Of a stretch of 64,000 nt of DNA, positions 20,375 through 29,123 are shown piece by piece. Each line of letters begins with the position of its first letter. Positions within the stretch are counted from its first letter, which is position 1. Source of the stretch: an uncultured Planctomycetales bacterium (GTDB lineage Bacteria > Omnitrophota > Gorgyraeia > Gygaellales > Profunditerraquicolaceae). The notes under the pieces are model-generated. The model was not told the DNA's origin. It did not search any database and saw only the letters and a program-made list of their open reading frames with translations. Made by a program: the position numbers and the translations under genes. Location of the stretch: contig CAZAPM010000002.1 of NCBI GenBank assembly GCA_964487475.1, positions 1-64,000 of the forward strand. The letters run 5' to 3'.

Positions 20375-20445
20375 TTGCCCCGCATGGACTCGAACCATGA
20401 CACCTAGAGCCAGAGTCTAGTGTCCTACCATTAGACGACAGGGCA
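20375..20445 (-). tRNA. tRNA-Gln(CTG)
   Basis: TGCCCTGTCGTCTAATGGTAGGACA-CTAGA-CTCTGGC-TCTAG...GGTTCGAGTCC; upstream TTGCAT-17-TATAAT. Confidence 0.95.
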
Positions 20446-20497
20446 ATAATCTTTGGTCGGAGTACTGATTATATACTCCCCTTCGGACGAATGCAAC

Positions 20498-20530
20498 AAA
20501 AAAACACCGCCACAAAAGCCGCTAGCGGTA
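20498..20530 (-). terminator. Intrinsic terminator after pilin-like gene
   Basis: ACCGCTA...TGGCGGT stem followed by GTTTTTTT on minus strand. Confidence 0.6.
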
Positions 20531-20782
20531 TTCGTCCAACATGCGTTCGTGCCTGGCCGATTCCGTTTCGACCCGCTGCATCTGCGCCTTGGCGGAATCG
20601 ATCATCCCTTTATAACTGTCGGTGCGTATATTCTGCGCTTCCAGGCTCTTTCGCGTCTCCTGGTCGATCGACAATGCGGGCTTTGCCATCATGCGGACCG
20701 CCAGCGTAGAGAGCACGCCTACGATCACCAGCGCGATCAGCATTTCGATCAGTCCGAATCCTACGCCCCGGCATCTTTCCAT
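20522..20782 (-). CDS. Short type IV pilin / pseudopilin-like protein (86 aa)
   Basis: MERCRGVG|FGLIEMLIALVIVGVL: class III signal with F1, E5 and hydrophobic helix; promoter TTGAAG-17-TATACT 7 nt before the ATG. Confidence 0.8.
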   Translation of the reverse strand: MERCRGVGFGLIEMLIALVIVGVLSTLAVRMMAKPALSIDQETRKSLEAQNIRTDSYKGMIDSAKAQMQRVETESARHERMLDEYR

Positions 20783-20814
20783 GTATATCAGTATACCTTT
20801 TTCCGGCGATTTCT

Positions 20815-21378
20815 TCAATAGGATCGGGCCAGCATGAACTCTCGGGCACGGGCGAACCGGGAGGGCACCGCCCTCCTCCCTGACTTGAATCCGGACAACC
20901 CCACATTCCAGGCCTGATGCAAGATCCCGAACACCTGCCGGGGGCTGCTTCCGGAGGGTATCTCTTCCTGAAGCCGGGAGAGCAGCTTGTCCGCGAAAGC
21001 CCGGGAAGCCAGTTCATAGAGCGCGGGCGCGCGCAGGATCCGCGGCCAGGGGATATCCCGGAAATAAGGATACGCCTTCTGCACGTCCGCATACGCTCCG
21101 GGCGTCAGCCCGTATGCCCCGAACCCGATACCGTCGGGGTGCAGGTAATCAGGGGCCACGGCTTCCGGAGGATGCTGGGGTTTCGGGCTTTCCAGGTAAC
21201 ATAATCCGCGGCGGGCATACGTCCATACGTCATCGGTGGCAAAACGGAACACTATACCGGAAGGAGCCGCTGCGGGCAGCGCCTTCGGCATCGTCGGTGC
21301 GCCCAGCGCGGGCGCGCACAACGTCGCCGCCAGCACCCACGTTCCCCATACTGCGGATATCCTGCGCGCCTTCGCCAT
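20815..21378 (-). CDS. Secreted protein with lysozyme / lytic-transglycosylase-like motifs
   Basis: Signal peptide; LES, GAYGLTP and AWNVG in the order of SLT motifs ES, GLMQ, AYNxG; SD GGAGG. Confidence 0.6.
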   Translation of the reverse strand: MAKARRISAVWGTWVLAATLCAPALGAPTMPKALPAAAPSGIVFRFATDDVWTYARRGLCYLESPKPQHPPEAVAPDYLHPDGIGFGAYGLTPGAYADVQKAYPYFRDIPWPRILRAPALYELASRAFADKLLSRLQEEIPSGSSPRQVFGILHQAWNVGLSGFKSGRRAVPSRFARAREFMLARSY

Positions 21379-21437
21379 ACTTCCTCCCGCATGGCTGAAA
21401 AGGCGCGCCTGCCCCGGGCATCCCCTGCCCGGGGCAC

Positions 21438-21477
21438 AAAGAAACAGGCCCTAAAGGAAACCTTTAGGGCCTGTTCC
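21438..21477 (-). terminator. Riboswitch-associated intrinsic terminator
   Basis: GAACAGGCCCTAAAGG-TTT-CCTTTAGGGCCTGTTT then CTTT. Confidence 0.85.
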
Positions 21478-21567
21478 GTTTCCTTGTGGCGGTCCGGCCA
21501 TCCCCTTACGGGGATCCGAGACTTTGCGTCCTCCGGTTACCCGGAGTTTGCCTTTTCAGTTGGAAAC
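21478..21567 (-). ncRNA. c-di-GMP-I (GEMM-I) riboswitch aptamer
   Basis: Minus strand GTTTCC..TGAAAAGGCAAA-CTCCGG-GTAA-CCGGAG-GACGCAAAGTCTCGG-ATCCCC-GTAA-GGGGAT-GGCCGGAC-CGCCA..GGAAAC; GGCAAA and GACGCAAAG hallmarks; extended -10 TGGTATACT at 21598-21590. Confidence 0.9.
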
Positions 21568-21613
21568 CTCTCGAAACTTTATCTAATCAAGTATACCATA
21601 TTCCGGTGGTAGA

Positions 21614-21814
21614 TTACCAGAAGGTCTTCTCCAGCCATTTATCGAGCGCCAGGATGGCGCCATAGGTAGTCGCCGCATCCTTGCCGGCACCCACGGCCGT
21701 GGCTCCGGTCGTATACACCGTGCCCTTGGCAGCACCCATCGTGGTATAACATCCCGAAAGCAATACTAGCGTTGCCAGAATCGCCGCGACACTTAACGCC
21801 GACCCCTTTTTCAT
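21614..21814 (-). CDS. Small lipoprotein (66 aa)
   Basis: MKKG...LLSGC lipobox; ATGA overlap with gltX stop. Confidence 0.8.
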   Translation of the reverse strand: MKKGSALSVAAILATLVLLSGCYTTMGAAKGTVYTTGATAVGAGKDAATTYGAILALDKWLEKTFW

Positions 21815-23115
21815 CCCTGCTCCTTTCGCATGCACTGCAACAAGCGCTGCCTGCTCCGATCCCTGCCTAAATGATAGATCAGCTCGAAGAGCCCCGGTCC
21901 CACCGTCTTGCCCGAAAGCGCCACGCGAACCGGGTGTATCAATACCTTGGCCTCGATCCCCAGCTCCGCGACCATATCCCTGAACGCCGCCTCGATCGCC
22001 GCCACGCTCCATTCCGGCAGCGCATCCAGCCTGGAGACGAACAGCGTGAACTCGCGGCTTAGATCCCGCGAAAGATACTTCTGCACTGCAGCCGGATCGA
22101 AGACCGGCTCGTCCAGAAAGAAAAAATCCGCCCGGTCCGCGAAATCATGCAGCGTGGTCATCCGGTTCTGGAATAATTGTACCAAAGAAATCAGATACTC
22201 TCTACTAAAATTTCCCGCCCCGGTCAGTCCCTTCGCCTCCAGCAGCGGCATAAGCTCGTCCGCCAGCTTGCCCGGATCACGGCTTTTCAGGTACTGGTTG
22301 TTCATCCAGTCGAGCTTCTTGATATCGAAGGTGGCCGGTGTCTTGCTCACGTCCTTGAGCGCAAAGAGCCTGATCGCTTCCTCGACGTCCACGAACTCTT
22401 TGTCCCCGCCCGGATTCCAGCTCAAGAGCAGCAGGTAATTGACCAGCGCTTCCGGCAGATACCCCATCTGACGGTAATCCGAGATCGCGGTCGCGCCCGT
22501 GCGCTTGGAAAGCCGGCCTCCGTCCATGCCCATGATCAGCGGCAGATGCGCGAAATGCGGCAGGGGAAAACCCAGCGCCTGGTAGAGCATGATCTGTTTG
22601 GGGGTATTGGAGATGTGGTCGTCCCCCCGGATGACATGCGAGATATTCATCAGCGCGTCATCCACCACGCAGGCGAAGTTATACGTCGCGGTCCCGTCGG
22701 ATTTGATCAGCACCTGGTCCTTGATCACCGCGGAGTCGAACACGATGCGGCCGCGGATATCGTCGTTGAGCACGATCTCCTGCGGGGTCACCTTGTAGAT
22801 CACCGCCTCGCCCTTGCCCTCGGTCTTTTCGACGTAGGCCTTGCCCTGGGAAAGCAGCGTCTCGGCATACTGCCGGTAAAGATGGGTACGCTGGCTCTGG
22901 TAATAGAGCTCGTCCCAGTGGAACCCGAGCCAGGTGAGGCTGCCCAGTATCTCATCGACGAATTCCGGCTTTGAGCGCACCGCGTCCGTATCCTCGATCC
23001 GCAGGATGAACTGTCCCTGCGTGGCGCGGGCGAATATCCAGTTGAAGACCGCGGTGCGGCTGCCCCCGATGTGCAGAAATCCCGTGGGGCTCGGTGCGAA
23101 TCGTACCCTGTTCAT
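21811..23115 (-). CDS. gltX: Glutamate--tRNA ligase
   Basis: RFAPSPTGFLHIGG, IEDTD, VIRGDDHISNT, LSKR. Confidence 0.97.
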   Translation of the reverse strand: MNRVRFAPSPTGFLHIGGSRTAVFNWIFARATQGQFILRIEDTDAVRSKPEFVDEILGSLTWLGFHWDELYYQSQRTHLYRQYAETLLSQGKAYVEKTEGKGEAVIYKVTPQEIVLNDDIRGRIVFDSAVIKDQVLIKSDGTATYNFACVVDDALMNISHVIRGDDHISNTPKQIMLYQALGFPLPHFAHLPLIMGMDGGRLSKRTGATAISDYRQMGYLPEALVNYLLLLSWNPGGDKEFVDVEEAIRLFALKDVSKTPATFDIKKLDWMNNQYLKSRDPGKLADELMPLLEAKGLTGAGNFSREYLISLVQLFQNRMTTLHDFADRADFFFLDEPVFDPAAVQKYLSRDLSREFTLFVSRLDALPEWSVAAIEAAFRDMVAELGIEAKVLIHPVRVALSGKTVGPGLFELIYHLGRDRSRQRLLQCMRKEQG

Positions 23116-23663
23116 CGTTCCAACCTCATTCCTTCCTGCAGCGCGGCCTTATTGATCTCCACCAGCGCCCTCTTTCCCGCCGGAGCGCTTTCCTCCATTG
23201 CCCGGTGCACGTTTTCCGGCCGGATGATATGCGTGCGTTGAAGATATACCCCCAATGCCACCATGTTGGCCACCCGGATATTGCCCAGGGAGATCGCCGC
23301 GTCCGTGCAGGGAGCGACCGCCACTTCGGCACGGCCCTTCTTCCCCAACCCGGCATACCCCTCCGGTTCGATCAGGGAACCGTTGACGATAAAACTCCCG
23401 CCGCGACGCACCCGCCCGGAGAACTTGCGCAAAGATACCCCGTTCATAGCAATCAGCGTATCCGCCGCGCCGATGTACGGGGAGCCGATCTCCTCGTCGG
23501 AGACCACGACCATGCAATACGCGCTTCCGCCCCGAACCTCGGCTCCGTACGCGGGAAGCCAGGTGGTATGAAGCCCCTGACGCATCGCGGCCAGGGCGAT
23601 GATCTTACCCAGCAGCAGCACGCCCTGTCCTCCGGCACCGGCAACGATGATCTTTTCGGTCAT
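23112..23663 (-). CDS. 2-oxoacid:ferredoxin oxidoreductase gamma subunit
   Basis: AGAGGQG, PAYGAEVRGG, ANMVALG. Confidence 0.92.
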   Translation of the reverse strand: MTEKIIVAGAGGQGVLLLGKIIALAAMRQGLHTTWLPAYGAEVRGGSAYCMVVVSDEEIGSPYIGAADTLIAMNGVSLRKFSGRVRRGGSFIVNGSLIEPEGYAGLGKKGRAEVAVAPCTDAAISLGNIRVANMVALGVYLQRTHIIRPENVHRAMEESAPAGKRALVEINKAALQEGMRLER

Positions 23664-23666
23664 AGG

Positions 23667-24398
23667 TTATTTAATGCGCCCTAAAGGAAACTCTTTAAGC
23701 AGCGTCTCTTCCTGCCAGCGTACCGCCTCCACCGGCGATTGCCCCCAGTACGTCGGGCATGCGGAAAGCACTTCCACCAGGGAGAACCCGACCCCGTTCA
23801 TCTGGTTGGCGAACGCCTGACGGATCGCGGCGCCTGCCGTGCGGATCGCCTGAGGGGAGTGCAAAGAGACGCGCTCCAGATACTTCACCCCGTCCAGGTG
23901 CCGCAGCAGCTCCGAGATCTTGAGCGGAGCACCGGATTCCGCCTCCGCCCTTCCCCGGGGGGTAGTCGCGGTCCTTTGCCCCAACAGTGTGGTCGGCGCC
24001 ATCTGGCCGCCGGTCATCCCGTATACCGCATTATTGATGAAGATCACCGTCAGGTTCTCCCCGCGGTTCGCGGCGTGCAGCGTCTCGGCGGTGCCGATCG
24101 CCGCCAGATCCCCGTCCCCCTGATAGGTGAACACGCACTGCTCGCGGCGAAGGCGTTTGAGCGCGGTCGCCACTGCCAGCGCACGGCCGTGCGCGGCTTC
24201 CACGCAATCGAAATCCCAGTAATTATACGCGATCACGGCGCACCCCACCGGAGCAACCCCGATCGTCTTCTCCCGCAGCCCCAGGCTGTCGATCGCTTCC
24301 GCCACCAGGCGGTGCGCCACGCCATGTCCGCACCCGGGGCAGTAATGCGTCGCGGTATCGCGCAACGCGTCGGGACGCCTGAACCCTGCGGCGCTCAT
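23667..24398 (-). CDS. 2-oxoacid:ferredoxin oxidoreductase beta (TPP-binding) subunit
   Basis: HYCPGCGHG, YQGDGDLAAIG, NNAVYGMTGGQMAPTT, CPTYW. Confidence 0.93.
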   Translation of the reverse strand: MSAAGFRRPDALRDTATHYCPGCGHGVAHRLVAEAIDSLGLREKTIGVAPVGCAVIAYNYWDFDCVEAAHGRALAVATALKRLRREQCVFTYQGDGDLAAIGTAETLHAANRGENLTVIFINNAVYGMTGGQMAPTTLLGQRTATTPRGRAEAESGAPLKISELLRHLDGVKYLERVSLHSPQAIRTAGAAIRQAFANQMNGVGFSLVEVLSACPTYWGQSPVEAVRWQEETLLKEFPLGRIK

Positions 24399-25486
24399 CG
24401 TTGCCTCGCTTCCTTAAGTATGGCCTTGAGGATATCCTCCTCCGTGAGGATCCCTCCGCCGCCTCGCCCGACAAAACCGACCGGGGCTTTCCCGTCGACG
24501 GCAAGACGCACGTCCTCGACCATCTGGCCGTACGACATCTCTGCCGCGAGAAAACGCATCCGGCGGCGTGAAAGACACAGCCGCTGCAAGGCCTTTTCGG
24601 GGAAAGGCCAGAGCGTCACCGGACGCAGCAGCCCCGCCCTGATCCCTTTTTCCCTGGCCCTTTTCACCGCGGCTTTCGCGATACGGGCCATGGTGCCGTA
24701 CGCGACGACGCAGATCCGGCAGTCGGCAAGGAGGTACTCCTCGTGCCGCGCCTCCCGCGCGCGTATCCGCGCATATTTCTTCTGCAGGGCCAGATTGAGC
24801 TTTTCCAGCGCCCCCTCTTCCAGGCGGAAGGAACGGACGATCCGCGCCTCCCTGCCCCGGCACCCTCCGACACCCCAGGGGTGGGAGGAAATTTCCGGAG
24901 GGACGTTGGCGCGTACCGCATCGCGCGGCATCAAAGAGACCGGCTCCATCACCTGGCCGAGCATCCCGTCCAGAAGCAGCATCACCGGAACGCGGTATTT
25001 TTCTCCGAGCGAGAACGCCGGGCGCACCAGGTCATACGCTTCCTGCGCCGAGGCCGGCGCCAGCACGATCACCCGGTAATCCCCGTGCCCCCCGCCTTTC
25101 ACGGCCTGAAAATAATCCGACTGTGCGGGCGCGATGTTGCCCAGTCCCGGCCCGCCGCGCATCACATTGACGATCAGCGCCGGAAGCTCGGCTCCCGCCA
25201 GGTACGATATCCCTTCCTGCTTGAGGCTGATCCCCGGGCTGGAAGAGGAGGTCATGGCCCGGGCGCCGGTCGCCGCCGCGCCGAAGACCATATTGATCGC
25301 GGCCAGCTCCGATTCCGCCTGGATGAACACGCCTCCCTGCACGGGTAGATGCTCCGCCATGTACGCGATCAGCTCATTCTGAGGCGTGATGGGATATCCG
25401 GCGTAAAGCGCACAGCCGCTGTCGATCGCGCCCTGCGCGATAGCCTCGTTACCGCTTATAAGTACCGGTTCACTTTTCCTGGTCAT
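24395..25486 (-). CDS. 2-oxoacid:ferredoxin oxidoreductase alpha subunit (VorB-like)
   Basis: GNEAIA, GYPITPQNE, QAESE, TSSSSPGISLKQE, RGGPGLG; start trimmed to ATG 25486. Confidence 0.93.
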   Translation of the reverse strand: MTRKSEPVLISGNEAIAQGAIDSGCALYAGYPITPQNELIAYMAEHLPVQGGVFIQAESELAAINMVFGAAATGARAMTSSSSPGISLKQEGISYLAGAELPALIVNVMRGGPGLGNIAPAQSDYFQAVKGGGHGDYRVIVLAPASAQEAYDLVRPAFSLGEKYRVPVMLLLDGMLGQVMEPVSLMPRDAVRANVPPEISSHPWGVGGCRGREARIVRSFRLEEGALEKLNLALQKKYARIRAREARHEEYLLADCRICVVAYGTMARIAKAAVKRAREKGIRAGLLRPVTLWPFPEKALQRLCLSRRRMRFLAAEMSYGQMVEDVRLAVDGKAPVGFVGRGGGGILTEEDILKAILKEARQR

Positions 25487-25686
25487 GGCGTGATCTCGAT
25501 CGCGCATTCCGGACAGACCTGCACGCACTGTCCGCATCCGATGCAGACGTACTCCGCGCCGACCTGTACCGGCTTGAACCCTTTATCGTTAAGCTTCCTG
25601 CCTTCGGAAAACACGGCCTTCGGGCAGAACCGGATGCACAAGAGGCATCCCTTGCATTTAGAAGTATTAAGTTTTACTTTTGCCAT
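25483..25686 (-). CDS. 2x[4Fe-4S] ferredoxin (delta subunit)
   Basis: CKGCLLCIRFCP and CIGCGQCVQVCP. Confidence 0.93.
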   Translation of the reverse strand: MAKVKLNTSKCKGCLLCIRFCPKAVFSEGRKLNDKGFKPVQVGAEYVCIGCGQCVQVCPECAIEITP

Positions 25687-27532
25687 GTGTCTTGCATATC
25701 GTATCCGCGATGCCTGCGGCGGTCAACCCGTATTTTTCCAGCAATATCTCCCGGCTCCCGCAGGGGATGAACTCATCCGGAAGTCCCAGGGCGGTCACCG
25801 GGACTTTCAGCGCCTCCTGCACTGCGCTGCCGAATCCGCCCTGCAGCATCCCGTCCTCAACGGTATACACCTGCGGGACCTTAAGGGCGAGTTGTTTGAA
25901 CAACTGCTCGTCCAGCGGCTTGGCAAAGCGCGCGTTGACCACGGTCCCGGCCAAACCCTGCGCCGCCAGCTGCTGCGCGGCTTCCAGCGCCGGCGCCACC
26001 ATGCTTCCCAGCGCGATGAGCAGGAATGCGTTCCCCTGGCAGAGCACTTCCGCTTTCCCCCGGACGACCGGCGCCATGGGCAGCGATATCTGGGGCACCG
26101 CCGCTTTCGGATAGCGCAGAGAAGTGATCCCCTGGTAAGACACCGCGAAATCCATCATCGCCTCAAGCTCTTTTCCGTCACGGGGAGCCATGACGGTCAA
26201 TCCCGGGACGGTGCGCAGGAACGCGATATCGAACACTCCCTGGTGTGTCGCGCCATCCTCGCCCACCAGGCCGGAGCGGTCCAGACAGAACACCACCGGG
26301 ACTTCCTGCAACGCCACGCACTCGATGATCTGATCGTATGCCCGCTGCAGGAAAGTGGAGTAGATCGCCACTACCGGCCGTAACCCCTGTTTCGCCAGCC
26401 CTCCGGCAAAACTTACCGCGTGCTCCTCGGCAATTCCCACGTCATAGAAACGGTCGGGATACGCGTCGCGGAACTTGTCCAATCCCGTGCCTTCGGGCAT
26501 GGCCGCGGTAATGGCCACGATATCCTTGCGCTGCGCCCCCAGCTCCAGCATCTTCTGGCTGAACACGCCGGTATACGAAACCGCTGCGGCAGGACCTTTC
26601 TTCAGGGAGGCGCCGGTCGCGATATCGAAAGGCGCGGCGCTGTGAAAACGCACCGGGTCCTTTTCCGCGGGATAATACCCTTTCCCCTTCTTGGTCACGA
26701 CGTGCAGCAGCACGGGCCCTTTGAGCGGCAGGAGATTCCTTAAGGTAGAGATGAGCACCTGCAGGTTATGCCCCTCGAACGGCCCGAAATAACGGAACCC
26801 CAGCTCCTCGAAAAGCATCCCCGGCACGAAAAGACCTTTCAGGTGCTCCTCGAGCTTATTGGCCATGGCCACCAGCCTGCGGCCGCGGGGAATGCGGGAA
26901 GACACGAACCCGTCGAAATTCTGTTTGAACTTGTTGTAGATGGGCAGCGAGATGATCTTGTTCAGGGACGTGCTCAGCGCCCCGACGTTAGGGGCGATGG
27001 AATGCTCGTTGGTATTAAGCACCACCAGCAGGTCCTTCTTGAGATGGCCGGCGTTATTGAGCCCTTCGAAACACAAGCCTCCGCTGATGGACCCGTCCCC
27101 GATGACGGCGACCGCTTTCGCCCCTTTGAGATCGTCCTTCAGCGCGTTGGCGCAGGCCAGCCCCAGGGCCAGGGAGACCGCCGTAGAGCTATGCCCGGTA
27201 GTGAAGCTGTCGTACGCCGATTCGTCCTTGCAGGGAAAACCGGTGATACCCTGATACTGGCGCAGACAGGAGAATTTATCGCACCTGCCGGTCAGCAGCT
27301 TATGGGCGTAGGCCTGGTGGCCGACGTCCCAGACGATCCTGTCCCTCGGCAGGTCCAGGCAATAGTGCAGCGCCAGGGTCAACTCCACCGTACCCAGGCT
27401 GGAAGCCAGATGCCCGCCGGTCTTGGAGACCACCTCGATCATGCGCTGGCGAAGCTCGAAAGAAAGCAGCACCAGCTGTTCGATCGAGAGTTTCTTCAGA
27501 TCCTGCGGGCTCTGGATATTCTCTAGTATCAT
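25667..27532 (-). CDS. dxs: 1-deoxy-D-xylulose-5-phosphate synthase
   Basis: GGHLASSLG, WDVGHQAY.HK, GIAEEHAV, DRSGLVGEDGATHQG. Confidence 0.97.
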   Translation of the reverse strand: MILENIQSPQDLKKLSIEQLVLLSFELRQRMIEVVSKTGGHLASSLGTVELTLALHYCLDLPRDRIVWDVGHQAYAHKLLTGRCDKFSCLRQYQGITGFPCKDESAYDSFTTGHSSTAVSLALGLACANALKDDLKGAKAVAVIGDGSISGGLCFEGLNNAGHLKKDLLVVLNTNEHSIAPNVGALSTSLNKIISLPIYNKFKQNFDGFVSSRIPRGRRLVAMANKLEEHLKGLFVPGMLFEELGFRYFGPFEGHNLQVLISTLRNLLPLKGPVLLHVVTKKGKGYYPAEKDPVRFHSAAPFDIATGASLKKGPAAAVSYTGVFSQKMLELGAQRKDIVAITAAMPEGTGLDKFRDAYPDRFYDVGIAEEHAVSFAGGLAKQGLRPVVAIYSTFLQRAYDQIIECVALQEVPVVFCLDRSGLVGEDGATHQGVFDIAFLRTVPGLTVMAPRDGKELEAMMDFAVSYQGITSLRYPKAAVPQISLPMAPVVRGKAEVLCQGNAFLLIALGSMVAPALEAAQQLAAQGLAGTVVNARFAKPLDEQLFKQLALKVPQVYTVEDGMLQGGFGSAVQEALKVPVTALGLPDEFIPCGSREILLEKYGLTAAGIADTICKTHGKSKT

Positions 27533-27550
27533 GCCGTTTCTCCGCGACCT

Positions 27551-27784
27551 TTACGAAGCATCGCCTTCTGCAAAAGGCTCGAGTTCGAATTCGCCCTTCT
27601 TGTTCTTGGTCAAGGTATCGATCTTCTTCTTTGCCCCCTCAAGCCGCTGATTGCACATGCGGGAGAGCTCAACGCCTTCCTGGTATTTTTTGAGGGCCTC
27701 GTCCAGCGTCAGGTCCCCTTTTTCCAGGTCCTCGACGATCTTTTCCAGTTTTTTCAACGCATCCTCAAACTTCATCTCCGCCAT
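27551..27784 (-). CDS. xseB: Exodeoxyribonuclease VII small subunit
   Basis: FEDALKKLEKIV..LE.G.L.LDEAL; SD AGGAGG. Confidence 0.93.
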   Translation of the reverse strand: MAEMKFEDALKKLEKIVEDLEKGDLTLDEALKKYQEGVELSRMCNQRLEGAKKKIDTLTKNKKGEFELEPFAEGDAS

Positions 27785-29123
27785 GGGATTCAACCTCCTT
27801 GACTTCGCTGACGATCGCTCCGCGATGCACCCGGGTCCGCAGCCGCTGCCCTGGGCGTACCTCTCCTGCATCCTTCAGGATACCCCCGGTATCCTCGCGG
27901 AACGTAATGCTGTACCCGCGGGACAGGATCGCCAGCGGGCTCAAATTCCCCAGTTTTTCCGCGGCTTTCACGAAGACCGCCTGCCGCAACGCCAGAAAAT
28001 GCGACATCCGGCCGGCTGCCAGCTCGGCCAGCGCGGCGAGTTTTTCCTGATATCGCATGATCGCCGCCGAAGGATTGAGCAGGTGCAGCTTTTTTCCGGC
28101 CTCCGACACCTCCCGGGCGCTTAGCTCCCACACGTGTGACACGCCCATCTGCAAACGGTGCCGCAGATCATCCAGTCCCACCTGCGCGCGAGACGCCTGC
28201 TGCAGCAGCGCCTGGGAGAGCCCCTGCAACAGCGCTTCCAGGGAACTTTTAAGCTCCTCCCGCAGCGGCAGGACCAGCTCCGCAGCCACCGAGGGCGTCG
28301 CAGCGCGCACATCCGCGACCAGGTCGGCAATGGTCACGTCCCGCTCGTGCCCGACGGCCGAGATCACCGGGATCGAGGATGCGTAGATGGCCCGGGCCAC
28401 TATCTCTTCGTTAAAGGCCCAGAGGTCCTCGATGCTGCCGCCGCCGCGCCCCACGATCAGCACTTCCATACGCTCTCCCGGGGTCACGGAATCATTGTAT
28501 TCGTTGCACTCGCGTATCGCCTGCGCGATCTCTTCCTTCGCCCCCTCCCCCTGCACCCTCGCCGGGCAGACGATGATATGCACGTCTTTAAACCTGCGGT
28601 CGATAACTTTCAGGATATCCTTGATCGCCGCGCCCGTCGGAGAAGTCACGATCCCGATGCGCGCCGGCAAAGGTGGCAGCGGACGCTTATGCGCCGGGGA
28701 GAAAAGGCCTTCCTTCTCCAGCTTCTTCATCAGCTGCTCTTTGGCCAGCTGCAGCGCGCCGATCCCCTTGGGCTCGATGCTCTCGACGATCAGCTGGTAC
28801 TTGCCGTGGGGAGGATACACTTCCACCGCCCCGGCACAGACCACTTTCAGGCCGTCCTCGAGCCTGAACTTGACTTCCCTCGCCGACCGGCTGAACAGCG
28901 CCGCCGGCAGCACCGCCTGTTCGTCCTTGAGAGAAAAATACACGTGTCCGGCGGATGACGGCCGGAGATTCGAGATCTCCCCTTCCACGTACACATGCGG
29001 AAAACTGCTCTCCAGCACTCCTTTGATGGAAAGGGTCAGCTCCCCGACCGTGAATACGTGCCGGGCGCCCGATTCGGGCGCAGGATCAAAAAGTCCGGGA
29101 AGATCCTCTTTAACGTGTTTCAT
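27765..29123 (-). CDS. xseA: Exodeoxyribonuclease VII large subunit
   Basis: VEGEISN, GHVYFSLKD, RGGGSIEDLW.FN.E, SAVGHE.D, ATPS.AAE; start trimmed to ATG 29123. Confidence 0.96.
   Translation of the reverse strand: MKHVKEDLPGLFDPAPESGARHVFTVGELTLSIKGVLESSFPHVYVEGEISNLRPSSAGHVYFSLKDEQAVLPAALFSRSAREVKFRLEDGLKVVCAGAVEVYPPHGKYQLIVESIEPKGIGALQLAKEQLMKKLEKEGLFSPAHKRPLPPLPARIGIVTSPTGAAIKDILKVIDRRFKDVHIIVCPARVQGEGAKEEIAQAIRECNEYNDSVTPGERMEVLIVGRGGGSIEDLWAFNEEIVARAIYASSIPVISAVGHERDVTIADLVADVRAATPSVAAELVLPLREELKSSLEALLQGLSQALLQQASRAQVGLDDLRHRLQMGVSHVWELSAREVSEAGKKLHLLNPSAAIMRYQEKLAALAELAAGRMSHFLALRQAVFVKAAEKLGNLSPLAILSRGYSITFREDTGGILKDAGEVRPGQRLRTRVHRGAIVSEVKEVESHGGDEV

Noticed and set aside
19199..20375. 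Two accessory membrane genes directly downstream of tRNA-Gln as an integrated element
   Set aside because: No integrase and no duplicated tRNA 3' end found
27533..27550. ispA missing from xseA-xseB-(ispA)-dxs
   Set aside because: True in this window, but such relocation is common and not informative alone
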